A stretch of 64,000 bases of DNA, taken from positions 34,336,388 through 34,400,387 of the forward strand of contig NC_092670.1 in the NCBI RefSeq assembly GCF_964355755.1. The letters are read 5' to 3'. Both the position numbers and the translations under genes were made by a program. How positions within the stretch are numbered: the first letter of the stretch is position 1; each line of letters starts with the position of its first letter. This DNA is from Antedon mediterranea (lineage: Eukaryota > Animalia > Echinodermata). The notes beneath the pieces were generated by a model. The model was not told the DNA's origin. It ran no database searches and worked only from the letters and a program-made list of their open reading frames with translations. This document shows, piece by piece, positions 12,801-26,300 of the stretch.

Positions 12801-14784
12801 AAATTGTTTGTAAAATATTGTTTAACACAGTAGTACAGTTTGGGTAGAATATTTAAATATTGTTTTAAATAGCAATATTGGATGTTAATAGAACACAGGT
12901 CAATATTTTTCATACATTTCAGCATTTACTTTTCCACCATGGGGTGCAACTGGATTGGAACAACTGGAGTTTTTTTCTAGGAAGTTATTATCATCAGCTT
13001 TTTCTTATTTAAATCTGTCGATCTCTCTCTATATTTTTTTCATTTTAAAGAGGGGACCCTAGGATATCAGCTTGCCTGCAGGTTCAGCTGAAAGGGTTAC
13101 ACTCTCTAAATAAAAGTTGAAATAAATAAATAAAAGAAATAAGAAATCTGTGTGGAGATCCTTTGTCTGAATAGCAAGTTTATAAAATATATTCTCTATA
13201 CATCTCTTACTAGAGCTTAGTTGAGAGTGTACTCACAGTCTTGCTGGCCATAACATAGTAACACTATTAATTAAACCTACCTTTGGTGGTAAATAGTGTA
13301 AGCTCCTGACATTCTCAAGGTAAAGCCTTTTCCACACACCAGTTTCAAATGGGCTTGGTTGGAAAGTGAGATGCCAGTTCAGTTTCAAGGCCTTAGGCAT
13401 CCACACCTGATCAGCCTCACATAAAAACTTCCAATACCAACATACCTGATGATAACAATTATCAAAATAATGCAAAATATTGTACAATACATATTCATAT
13501 ACTGTATGTATTTTGATGTTTAATTTGTTTTTTTATGACCTATAGCAGTACTTTTTAAAAAGTATTTTTAACCAATTTTATACATTTGTAAATTGAAACG
13601 AAATCAGCATTTTTGCTGCCATGTTTTAATCTTTTTTGAATAAATAATACAACAAACAGTTTATCTGATTTCCTTGCCCAGTAATTAATGATGATTAATT
13701 TTACAGTACAATTACAATACAAGCTATTTTTTATATTTTAAGGGTACAGTAACTGAAAGGGGCCTTAGTACAATATTTGGAGAGGTCCCATGGTATATTA
13801 TACTCATATTGCTTTAAAGCTCAGGTACAGGCATGAATTTTAAATACAATATCTGGTTAATTGTACATAAATACAATATTTGTAACAGAAATCAAGACAG
13901 AAAAACATTTCCCTGAAAATGGTCAAATACAAAATTTGGCAAAATTCTGCTATAAAAACGATGAAGACTTTTTTCAGTAGTTTAACCTAATGTAAAAACA
14001 TGTCTGGTGACTCCCTAGAAGGTGAAAAAAGATGGTGGATATACGGTGGATAATTTTTTTTTGCTATAGTATGAAAATAAAACTCTGAAGTTGAATAAAA
14101 AAAAACGTAAAATTCAAGTTATATTACCTATATTTAGTCATCCCCCCACTGATAAGAAAGTGCTTATTTTCAACAGGCTCGTGTAACACAAATAAAATCC
14201 AAAAAAATTATGAAACATAGGGGAAACTATAGATCGATAATTATTGGAATGCATGATCAATAGAAATTATTTTTTGTCCGCACCTGAATGAAATCATACC
14301 CAGTCACATACAGTATGAATATGAAACTAACCTGAGCGCACCGACATAGACTTCTGGGATCCAAAAAAGAAAAGATGTAAATAGATAATACACGTGGTAA
14401 GGCCCTCGTAAAGTCTTCTTTTCTTACAGGAACTTGCAGAGATACCACTCCTTTAACAAACTCAAGTTGATTGAGGTTACTTTGACCCAGAACATGCTCC
14501 AATGCTATTTTCTTCTGTGAGTTTGTCCATTTATCAAACTAGAAAAATGTAATTAAAATATAGTTATATAGTATAGTAAAGTTGAGTATAAACATTATCA
14601 ATGAAATGAGCACTGAAACTGTCAGGTCAGTACCTAATTTTGGTTTGTCAAAATAGAATTTGTTGCATTTATAAAGAGTGATATCCGGGGTAGAGGCAAC
14701 ATGGTGGATATATTGTAGAGCACATGTGTTGATATCTGAATAAAGAATGTTGTTAATAATCATTGTCGTATGAAGTCTTCAATC

Positions 14785-14817
<33 letters not shown>

Positions 14818-16214
14818 TAAATAAAAAAAATAGAAATTGTGTTCATATTGAGATGTTATTTGGTTTATATTTATTTGTTACGAGTATAAGTTAACTCGCT
14901 TGTTTGGTCAGAGTTAAGAGAACATAACTTTTGTTTGTCTTTGAAATAAAGGAAAGATGTTGCGCATGTATAAAGAGTGATATCGCCCTCTATCCGGGGT
15001 AGAGGCAACATGGTGGATTATATTGTAGAGCACATGTGTTGATATCTGAATAAAGAATGTTGTTAATAATCATTGTCGTATGAAGTCTTCAATCATAAAA
15101 ACAATACATAAAACAGAATTTAAAATAAATTATCTGTCCAGATACTAGAAAACAGAAGTTACTGTACATTCATTTGTGTCTGCACGTGTTTATAGTGGAC
15201 ATTTATAATTTACTGTTTGTAATTCAATTTTCAGGTGAAAATGTGAAAAGCAAATGTTTGTCAGACCAAGAAACAAGTAAAGACTAATGCGGAATGTTGG
15301 CATGTACAGTATGATGATCTATGATCATTTTATTTTATCAAATTACTTTTACTTTTATTGTTTTCTATTAATAGAATACATAATAATAATAATCAAATAA
15401 AACATTTAAATGAAATTATTATTATTACATTAATATAACTTAATTTTTTAAATAACTTAATTGTAATTGAATTTTCAATTTGTTTTGTGTACTTTATTTT
15501 TAGTTATTCAATTCATGTTTATTTCTGAACAAGTCCATATCAAAAAACAAACAATAAATAAATACAAAAATAATACTTGAAATAAATGGTTGCACAAAAA
15601 GATTAGATTACAAAAAGTTACATGTTTGCTCAAGAAGGATTCATTGGTTTCAGGGATCGGCTAAAAAAATTGGATAAGATTGAATATGATACAATGATAC
15701 TTACAGTATAGAAGGAGATCCGTATAGAATAAATAGTATGCAAAACAACAGAATTAAAATTGGTTTTCTTACCCATTTGTGAAGAATTTCTAGTCTTTCT
15801 TCAAACACCTAAAAAAAATAATAAATTATTATCATTTATTATTAATTATACAATTAAAAGAGAGAGAGACGATAGAGAGGTGGCCAATCCCTCCTATCAA
15901 GCCCTGACCACCTGAAGAAGAAAGGCTAGCCTAGCTAGTAGTAAGCTCTAGGCTTAGCCTAGCCCTAGGTAGACTGGAAGGCGTACTACTACTAAGCCTC
16001 TCTACTAGCCTAGCTAGCTAGGCCTACTAGCTAGCTAGCCTACTAGCTAGGCTAGGCTGCCTTGCCTAGGGCCAGGCCTAGCCTAGTATATAGAAAATCT
16101 TACCTTATCATTTGTAGGTTGGTGGTTCATAGGCGTCCATGTGCTAAACCTTGCTTTTGAATCAAGATTTCTTCTTTTGTTATCTAAACGCTTTTGGTCG
16201 CCAGACCAAGCCAT
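9889..16214 (-). CDS. FBXO16: F-box only protein 16
   Basis: Eight phase-consistent exons: 16214-16104, 15808-15773, 14538-14332, 13445-13281, 12798-12584, 11808-11664, 11459-11300, 9956-9889 (TGA). The translation FSTWTPMNHQPTNDKVFEERLEILHKWFDKWTNSQ...[43 protein letters not shown]...FQPSPFETGVWK matches the FBXO16 N-terminus and F-box. The last exon is less certain. Confidence 0.9.
10178..10776. mobile_element. ~600-bp TTAA-flanked non-autonomous transposon (Kolobok-like family K), nested in the element at ~10001-10808
   Basis: TTAA|AGGCCAGGTG...GTACCTGAGCT|TTAA. Inverted copies occur at 13818-~14287 (internally deleted) and 52526-53113. Confidence 0.75.
11150..11292. mobile_element. MITE family A copy
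   Basis: TGTCTACACTATCAAAC...GTTTGATACCGTAGACAG. A second partial copy is at ~11505-11625. Confidence 0.7.
12210..12569 (-). mobile_element. 5S rRNA-derived SINE (SINE3-type) in FBXO16 intron; 5S-like head at 12453-12569
   Basis: The minus strand reads ATATACGGCTTTACTACGTTGAAACACCGGTTATCGTCAGATCACCGAAGTTAAGCAACGTTGGGCCTGGTTAGAGATTGGATAGGAGACCATCTGGGAATATCGGGTGCTGTATAT, a full-length 5S-like sequence. There is no T-run terminator; it continues into a ~230-nt body and an AATAAAATTAAAATAATA tail. Confidence 0.75.
13818..14287. mobile_element. Family K copy (internally deleted, one end degraded)
   Basis: TTAA|AGCTCAGGTACAGGCATGAATTTTAAAT...; inverted match to 10178-10776. Confidence 0.7.
14668..15103 (+). 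repeat. Local ~120-bp direct duplication (14668-14788 / 14968-15098), LTR-like
   Basis: ATAA(A)GAGTGATAT...CCGGGGTAGAGGCAACATGGTGGA...GAATAAAGAATG...CTTCAATCATAA occurs twice. It contains TATA-like and AATAAA motifs, and the second copy ends in ...ACA. Confidence 0.55.
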
Positions 16215-16762
16215 GTTTTTGTTGATTAAAATTTCAAAACATTGAAAAATTTTGGAGTAAATTCTATTTAGCCGTTATTGCGTTCATCGATTTAAAGACA
16301 TGTATAACAGATTTCTACACAACCAAGGTTGTACAATATCCACGGCAGTCGTTTAATCAACAACATTGATGCAGGCATAACGAACAAATTGTCAATTATA
16401 CTTTCATAATTAGCTTTTAAAATATATGTAATAAATTTTCTTTAAAAAAAAGTAACTGAAATATATAAAATAATTTAAAATAAAGTATATTTGAAAGCAA
16501 ATTGTTATGAAGTTATGTTTGTTTAAGTTTATTTATAAAATGTGTGAGTTTTTTTATTTCGTCGGCAACAAATTATCATATGGCTATATAACCGACGAGG
16601 TGGGGAATCGAAAAAGGACAGCGTGACTTGATTCGAGGATATAAAAACTTCTGGCATTTTCTTTCGAGTTTGCCATTCCCAGCCTTCACAATTTCACTAT
16701 AAACGAAGGTTAGGGAGTGCTGCACACTTGGTTACAAGGTTTTGATACCTAAACGTTAAAAG
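16215..16762. promoter_or_regulatory. Probable bidirectional promoter for FBXO16 and Staufen, including Staufen untranslated exon 1
   Basis: FBXO16 ATG at 16214 (-). A more GC/CpG-rich + strand segment from ~16590 ends in a consensus donor AG|GTGAGT at 16762/16763. The next convincing acceptor (TTTGTAG, 35306) precedes the Staufen ATG. CTAG/TAGGCC-rich tracts flank both sides. Confidence 0.55.
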
Positions 16763-17351
16763 GTGAGTTTTTAAAATTGAAAAAATGAGATTGAAACAAA
16801 AGGCTTGACCCGGCCATCCTTCTTCTGATCCTCTCCTCCACCCTACCGTTCATTTAGTATAGCCGGTATTCGCATAGCCTACCATTCTTCTATATCTAGC
16901 CTAGCTAGGCCTAGGTAAAACTATCCATCAATTTAGACTAAATAACAAATCTTGTATACTCCATCCTTCGATGTGTAACATGATGTAGGTAGCCTAGGCC
17001 CTAGTCATTTGTTTATAACTTAGCGCCGTGAAGTTGGTTACTTATTCCTTATTCGACATTCGTCAATGGAAGTTGGTTCCTTATTCGACGTTCGACATTC
17101 GCTAGGCTAGGCCAAAATTTCGAAAATGATAATTTCCCAGCGGTAAATATGCCGTGCGCCACCAACCAATCTCCTGCTGTTACTTATTCCCTATTCGACA
17201 TTCATTCGTGAAGTTGGTTCCTTATTCGACGTTCGCTAGGCCGCGGCCGACCGGCTGGCCCAAATTCGTACCAAAGTAGACCTAGTGTAGATGTACCTAT
17301 TTTATCACAGATTTACATTTTTTAGTTCCGATATTACGACCATACCAACGC

Positions 17352-20300
17352 CTCGGGCCGGGTTCACAATAGTATAGATTGACGTAGTATGGTCCTGGAA
17401 TTCCAGAAATGTGCCACTTGCCCCGACCCAGATGATCGGGCAAGTACGGATTTTAAAGCAATTTAAAATGCGTATTTTTAGCATTAATTTAGTAAACACC
17501 ACTTTTAAAGTGGCCATATGACCACACACCGACGCCTCGCGTCGGGTACACAATAGTATAGATTGACGTAGTATGGTCCTGGCATTCCAGAAATGTGCCA
17601 CCTGCCCCAGCCCAGTGCGGGCAAGTACGTGTTTTAAAGCAATTTCAAATGCGTATTTTAGCAATAATTTACTAAGAATTAATAGCACCACTTTTAAAGT
17701 GGCCATATGACCACACCCCGACGCCTCGGGCCGAGTACACAATAGTATAGATTGACGTAGTGTGGTCCTGACTTTCCAGAAATGTGCCACTTGCCCCGGC
17801 CCAGTGCGGGCAAGTACGGGTTTTAAAGCAATTTAAAATGCGTATTTTTAGTGTTATTTTACTAAGTATTAATAGCACCACTTTTAAAGTGGCAATATGA
17901 CCACACCCCGACGCCTCGGGCCGGGTACACAATAGTATAGATTGACTTAGTATGGTCCTGGCTTTCCAGAAATGTGCCACTTGCCCCGGCCCAGTGCGGG
18001 CAAGTAAATGTTTAAAAGCAATTTCAAATGCGTATTTTTAGCATTAATTTACTAAGAATTAATAGCACCACATTTAAAGTGGCCATATGACCACACCCCG
18101 ACGCCTCGGGCCGGGAACACAATAGTATAGATTGACGTAGTATGGTCCTAGCATTCCAGAAATATGCCACTTGCCCCGGCCCAGTGCGGGCAAGTACGGA
18201 TTTTAAAGCAATTTAAAATGCGTATTTTTAGAATTAATTTAGTAAACACCACTTTTAAAGTGGCCATATGACCACACCCCGACGCCTCGGGCCGGGTACA
18301 CAATAGTATAGATTGACGTAGTGTGGTCCTGACTTTCCAGAAATGTGCCACTTGCCCCGGCCCAGTGCGGGCAAGTACGTGTTTAAAAGCAATTTCAAAT
18401 GCGTATTTTTAGCATTAATTTAGTAAACACCACTTTTAAAGTGGCCATATGACCACACCCCGACGCCTCGGGCCGGGTACACAATAGTATAGATTGACTT
18501 AGTATGGTCCTGGCTTTCCAGAAATGTGCCACTTGCCCCGGCCCAGTGCGGGCAAGTACGTGTTTAAAAGCAATTTCAAATGCGTATTTTTAGCATTAAT
18601 TTACTAAGAATTAATAGCACCACATTTAAAGTGGCCATATGACCACACCCCGACGCCTCGGGCCGGGAACACAATAGTATAGATTAACGTAGTATGGTCC
18701 TGGCATTCCAGAAATATGCCACTTGCCCCGGCCCAGTGCGGGCAAGTACGGATTTTAAAGCAATTTAAAATGCGTATTTTTAGCATTAATTTAGTAAACA
18801 CCACTTTTAAAGTGGCCATATGACCACACCCCGACGCCTCGGGCCGGGTACACAATAGTATGGATTGACGTAGAATGGTCCGGACATTCCAGAAATGTGC
18901 CACTTGCCCCGGCCCAGTGCGGGCAAGTACGTGTTTTAAAGCAATTTAAAATGTGTATTTTTAGTCTTATTTTACTAAGTATTAATAGCACCACTTTTAA
19001 AGTGGCCATATGACCACACCCCGACGCCTCGGGGCGGGTACACAATAATATAGATTGACGTAATTTGGTCCTGGCATTCCAGAAATGTGCCACTTGCCCA
19101 GGCCCAGTGCGGGCAAGTATGGGTTTTAAAGCAATTTAAAATGCGTATTTTTAGTGTTATTTTACTAAGTATTAAAAGCACCACTTTTAAAGTGGCAATA
19201 TGACCACACACCGACGCCTCGGGTCGGGTTCACGATAGTATAGATTGACGTAGTATGGTCCTGGCATTCAAGAAATGTACCACTTGCCCCGGCCCAGTGC
19301 GGGCAAGTACGTGTTTTAAAGCAATTTAAAATGCGTATTTTTAGCATTAATTTAGTAAACACCACTTTCAAAGTGGCCATATGACCGCACCCCAACGCCT
19401 CAGGTCGGGTACACAATAGTATAGATTGACGTAGTATGGTCCTGGCATTCCAGAAATGTACCACTTGCCCCGGCCCAGTGCGGGCAAGTACGTGTTTAAA
19501 AGCAATTTCAAATGTGTATTTTTAGCATTAATTTACTAAGAATTAATAGCACCACTTTTAAAGTGGCCATATGATCACACCCCAACGCCTCGGGCCGGGA
19601 ACACAATAGTATAGATTGACGTAGAATGGTCCTGGCATTCCAGAAATGTGCCACTTGCCCCGGCCCAGTGCGGGCAAGTACGGATTTTAAAGCAATTTAA
19701 AATGCGTATTTTTAGCATTAATTTAGTAAACACCATTTTTAAGTGGCCATATGACCACACCCCGACGCCTCGGGTCGGGTTCACAATAGTATAGATTGAT
19801 GTAGAATGGTCCTGGCATTCCATAAATGTGCCACTTGCCCCGGCCCAGTGCGGGCAAGTACGTGTTTAAAAGCAATTTCAAATGCGTATTTTTAGCATTA
19901 ATTTACTAAGAATTAATAGCACCACATTTAAAGTGGCCATATGACCACACCCCGACGCCTCGGGCCGGGAACACAATAGTATAGATTAACGTAGTATTGT
20001 CCTGGCATTCCAGAAATATGCCACTTGCCCCGGCCCAGTGCGGACAAGTACGGATTTTAAAGCAATTTAAAATGCGTATTTTTAGCATTAATTTAGTAAA
20101 CACCACTTTTAAAGTGGCCATATGACCACACCCCGACGCCTCGGGCCGGGTACACAATAGTATAGATTGACGTAGTATGGTCCTGGCTTTCCAGAAATGT
20201 GCCACTTGCCCCGGCCCAGTGCGGGCAAGTACGGATTTTAAAGCAATTTAAAATGCGTGTTTTTAGTGTTATTTTACTAAGTATTAATAGCACCAATTTT

Positions 20301-23300
20301 AAAGTGGCAATATGACCACACCCCGACGCCTCGGGCCGGGTACACAATAGTATGGATTGACGTAGAATGGTCCGGACATTTCAGAAATGTGCCACTTGCC
20401 CCGGCCCAGTGCAGGCAAGTACGTGTTTTAAAGCAATTTAAAATGCGTATTTTTAGTGTTATTTTACTAAATATTAATAGCACCACATTTAAAGTGGCCA
20501 TATGACCACACCCCGACGCCTCGGGCCGGGTACACAATAATATAGATTGACGTAGTATGGTCCTGGCATTCCAGAAATGTGCCACTTGCCCCGGCCCAGT
20601 GCGGGCAAGTACGGGTTTTAAAGCAATTTAAAATGCGTATTTTTAGCATTAATTTAGTAAACACCACTTTTAAAGTGGCCATATGACCACACCCCAACGC
20701 CTCAGGTCGGGTACACAATAGTATAGATTGACGTAGTATGGTCCTGGCATTCCAGAAATGTACCACTTGCCCCGGCCCAGTGCGGGCAAGTACGTGTTTA
20801 AAAGCAATTTCAAATGTGTATTTTTAGCATTAATTTACTAAGAATTAATAGCACCACTTTTAAAGTGGCCATATGACCACACCCCGACGCTTCGGGTCGG
20901 GTTCATAATAGTATAGATTGATGTAGAATGGTCCTGGCATTCCATAAATGTGCCACTTGCCCCGGCCCAGTACGGGCAAGTAAGTGTTTAAAAGCAATTT
21001 CAAATGCGTATTTTTAGCATTTATTTACTAAGAATTAATAGCACCACATTTAAAGTGGCCATATGACCACACCCCGACGCCTCGGGCCGGGAACACAATA
21101 GTATAGATTGACGTAGTATGGTCCTGGCATTCCAGAAATATGCCACTTGCCCCGGCCCAGTGCGAGCAAGGACGGATTTTAAAGCAATTTAAAATGCGTA
21201 TTTTTAGCATTAATTTAGGAAACACCACTTATAAAGTGGCCATATGACCACACCCCGACGCCTCGGGCCGGGTACACAATAGTATAGATTGACTTAGTAT
21301 GGTCTTGGCTTTCCAGAAATGTGCCACTTGCCCCGGCCCAGTGCGGGCAAGTACGTGTTTAAAAGCAATTTCAAATGCGTATTTTTAGCATTAATTTACT
21401 AAGAATTAATAGCACCACATTTAAAGTGGCCATATGACCAAACCCCGACGCCTCGGGCCGGGAACACAATAGTATAGATTAACGTAGTATGGTCCTGGCA
21501 TTCCAGAAATATGCCGCTTGCCCCGGCCCAGTGCGGGCAAGTACGGATTTTAAAGCAATTTAAAATGCGTATTTTTAGCATTAATTTAGTAAACACGACT
21601 TTTAAAGTGGCCATATGACCACACCCCGACGCCTCGGGCCGGGTACACAATAGTATAGATTGACGTAGTATGGTCCTGGCTTTCCAGAAATGTGCCACTT
21701 GCCCCGGCCCAGTGCGGGCAAGTACGGATTTTAAAGCAATTTAAAATGCGTGTTTTTAGTGTTATTTTACTAAGTATTAATAGCACCAATTTTAAAGTGG
21801 CAATATGACCACACCCCGACGCCTCGGGCCGGGTACACAATAGTATGGATTGACGTAGAATGGTCCGGACATTTCAGAAATGTGCCACTTGCCCCGGCCC
21901 AGTGCGGGCAAGTACGTGTTTTAAAGCAATTTAAAATGCGTATTTTTAGTGTTATTTTACTAAATATTAATAGCACCACATTTAAAGTGGCCATATGACC
22001 ACACCCCGACGCCTCGGGCCGGGTACACAATAATATAGATTGACGTAGTATGGTCCTGGCATTCCAGAAATGTGCCACTTGCCCCGGCCCAGTGCGGGCA
22101 AGTACGGGTTTTAAAGCAATTTAAAATGCGTATTTTTAGTGTTATTTTACTAAGTATTAATAGCACCACTTTTAAAGTGGCAATATGACCACACCCCGAC
22201 GCCTCGGGCCGGGTACACAATAGTATAGATTGACGTAGTATGGTCCTGGCATTCCAGAAATGTGCCACTTGCCCCGGCCCAGTGCGGGCAAGTACGGGTT
22301 TTAAAGCAATTTAAAATGCGTATTTTTAGCATTAATTTAGTAAACACCACTTTTAAAGTGGCCATATGACCACACCCCAACGCCTCAGGTCGGGTACACA
22401 ATAGTATAGATTGACGTAGTATGGTCCTGGCATTCAAGAAATGTACCACTTGCCCCGGCCCAGTGCGGGCAAGTACGTGTTTTAAAGCAATTTAAAATGC
22501 GTATTTTTAGCATTAATTTAGTAAACACCACTTTTAAAGTGGCCATATGACCACACCCCAACGCCTCAGGTCGGGTACACAATAGTATAGATTGACGTAG
22601 TATGGTCCTGGCATTCCAGAAATGTACCACTTGCCCCGGCCCAGTGCGGGCAAGTACGTGTTTAAAAGCAATTTCAAATGTGTATTTTTAGCATTAATTT
22701 ACTAAGAATTAATAGCACCACTTTTAAAGTGGCCATATGACCACACCCCGACGCTTCGGGTCGGGTTCATAATAGTATAGATTGATGTAGAATGGTCCTG
22801 GCATTCCATAAATGTGCCACTTGCCCCGGCCCAGTACGGGCAAGTAAGTGTTTAAAAGCAATTTCAAATGCGTATTTTTAGCATTAATTTACTAAGAATT
22901 AATAGCACCACATTTAAAGTGGCCATATGACCACACCCCGACGCCTCGGGCCGGGAACACAATAGTATAGATTAACGTAGTATGGTCCTGGCATTCCAGA
23001 AATATGCCACTTGCCCCGGCCCAGTGCGGGCAAGTACGGATTTTAAAGCAATTTAAAATGCGTATTTTTAGCATTAATTTAGTAAACACGACTTTTAAAG
23101 TGGCCATATGACCAAACCCCGACGCCTCGGGCCGGGTACACAATAGTATAGATTGACGTAGTATGGCCCTGGCTTTCCAGAAATGTGCCACTTGCCCCGG
23201 CCCAGTGCGGGCAAGTGCGGATTTTAAAGCAATTTAAAATGCGTGTTTTTAGTGTTATTTTACTAAGTATTAATAGCACCAATTTTAAAGTGGCAATATG

Positions 23301-26300
23301 ACCACACCCCGACGCCTCGGGCCGGGTACACAATAGTATGGATTGACGTAGAATGGTCCGGACATTTCAGAAATGTGCCACTTGCCCCGGCCCAGTGCGG
23401 GCAAGTACGTGTTTTAAAGCAATTTAAAATGCGTATTTTTAGTGTTATTTTACTAAATATTAATAGCACCACATTTAAAGTGGCCATACGACCACACCCC
23501 GACGCCTCGGGCCGGGAACACAATAGTATAGATTAACGTAGTATGGTCCTGGCATTCCAGAAATATGCCACTTGCCCCGGCCCAGTGCGGGCAAGTACGG
23601 ATTTTAAAGCAATTTAAAATGCGTATTTTTAGCATTAATTTAGTAAACACGACTTTTAAAGTGGCCATATGACCACACCCCGACGCCTCGGGCCGGGTAC
23701 ACAATAGTATAGATTGACGTAGTATGATCCTGGCTTTCCAGAAATGTGCCACTTGCCCCGGCCCAGTGCGGGCAAGTGCGGATTTTAAAGCAATTTAAAA
23801 TGCGTGTTTTTAGTGTTATTTTACTAAGTATTAATAGCACCAATTTTAAAGTGGCAATATGACCACACCCCGACGCCTCGGGCCGGGTACACAATAGTAT
23901 GGATTGACGTAGAATGGTCCGGACATTTCAGAAATGTGCCACTTGCCCCGGCCCAGTGCGGGCAAGTACGTGTTTTAAAGCATTTTAAAATGCGTATTTT
24001 TAGTGTTATTTTACTAAATATTAATAGCACCACATTTAAAGTGGCCATATGACCACACCCCGACGCCTCGGGCCGGGTACACAATAATATAGATTGACGT
24101 AGTATGGTTCTGGCATTCCAGAAATGTGCCACTTGCCCCGGCCCAGTGCGGGCAAGTACGGGTTTTAAAGCAATTTAAAATGCGTATTTTTAGTGTTATT
24201 TTACTAAGTATTAATAGCACCACTTTTAAAGTGGCAATATGACCACACCCCGACGCCTCGGGCCGGGTACACAATAGTATAGATTGACGTAGTATGGTCC
24301 TGGCTTTCCAGAAATGTGCCACTTGCCCCGGCCCAGTGCGTGCAAGTACGTGTTTTAAAGCAATTTCAAATGCGTATTTTTAGCAAAAATTTACTAAGAA
24401 TTAATAGCACCACTTTTAAAGTGGCCATATGACCACACCCCGACGCCTCGGGTCGGGTTCACAATAGTATAGATTGATGTAGAATGGTCCTGGCATTCCA
24501 TAAATGTGCCACTTGCCCCGGCCCAGTACGGGCAAGTAAGTGTTTAAAAGCAATTTCAAATGCGTATTTTTAGCATTAATTTACTAAGAATTAATAGCAC
24601 CACATTTAAAGTGGCCATATGACCACACCCCGACGCCTCGGGCCGGGAACACAATAGTATAGATTGACGTAGTATGGTCCTGGCATTTCAGAAATGTGCC
24701 ACTTGCCCCGGCCCAGTGCGGGCAAGTACGGATTTTAAAGCAATTTAAAATGCGTATTTTTAGCATTAATTTAGTAAACATGACTTTTAAAGTGGCCATA
24801 TGACCACACCCCGACGCCTCGGGCCGGGTACACAATAGTATAGATTGACGTAGTATGGTCCTGGCTTTCCAGAAATGTGCCACTTGCCCCGGCCCAGTGC
24901 GGGCAAGTACGGATTTTAAAGCAATTTAAAATGCGTGTTTTTAGTGTTATTTTACTAAGTATTAATAGCACCAATTTTAAAGTGGCAATATGACCACACC
25001 CCGACGCCTCGGGCCGGGTACACAATAGTATGGATTGACGTAGAATGGTCCGGACATTTCAGAAATGTGCCACTTGCCCCGGCCCAGTGCGGGCAAGTAC
25101 GTGTTTTAAAGCAATTTAAAATGCGTATTTTTAGTGTTATTTTACTAAATATTAATAGCACCACATTTAAAGTGGCCATATGACCACACCCCGACGCCTC
25201 GGGCCGGGTACACAATAATATAGATTGACGTAGTATGGTCCTGGCATTCCAGAAATGTGCCACTTGCCCCGGCCCAGTGCGGGCAAGTACGGGTTTTAAA
25301 GCAATTTAAAATGCGTATTTTTAGTGTTATTTTACTAAGTATTAATAGCACCACTTTTAAAGTGGCAATATGACCACACCCCGACGCCTCGGGCCGGGTA
25401 CACAATAGTATAGATTGACGTAGTATGGTCCTGGCATTCCAGAAATGTGCCACTTGCCCCGGCCCAGTGCGGGCAAGTACGGGTTTTAAAGCAATTTAAA
25501 ATGCGTATTTTTAGCATTAATTTAGTAAACACCACTTTTAAAGTGGCCATATGACCACACCCCAACGCCTCAGGTCGGGTACACAATAGTATAGATTGAC
25601 GTAGTATGGTCCTGGCATTCAAGAAATGTACCACTTGCCCCGGCCCAGTGCGGGCAAGTACGTGTTTTAAAGCAATTTAAAATGCGTATTTTTAGCATTA
25701 ATTTAGTAAACACCACTTTTAAAGTGGCCATATGACCACACCCCAACGCCTCAGGTCGGGTACACAATAGTATAGATTGACGTAGTATGGTCCTGGCATT
25801 CCAGAAATGTACCACTTGCCCCGGCCCAGTGCGGGCAAGTACGTGTTTAAAAGCAATTTCAAATGTGTATTTTTAGCATTAATTTACTAAGAATTAATAG
25901 CACCACTTTTAAAGTGGCCATATGACCACACCCCGACGCTTCGGGTCGGGTTCATAATAGTATAGATTGATGTAGAATGGTCCTGGCATTCCATAAATGT
26001 GCCACTTGCCCCGGCCCAGTACGGGCAAGTAAGTGTTTAAAAGCAATTTCAAATGCGTATTTTTAGCATTAATTTACTAAGAATTAATAGCACCACATTT
26101 AAAGTGGCCATATGACCACACCCCGACACCTCGGGCCGGGAACACAATAGTATAGATTGACGTAGTATGGTCCTGGCATTCCAGAAATATGCCACTTGCC
26201 CCGGCCCAGTGCGAGCAAGTACGGATTTTAAAGCAATTTAAAATGCGTATTTTTAGCATTAATTTAGTAAACATCACTTTTAAAGTGGCCATATGACCAC

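Noticed and set aside
14839-15103. Solo LTR
   Set aside because: It has TG...CA ends and an AATAAA, but I could not find a matching 4-6 bp TSD, so it is reported only as a local duplication.
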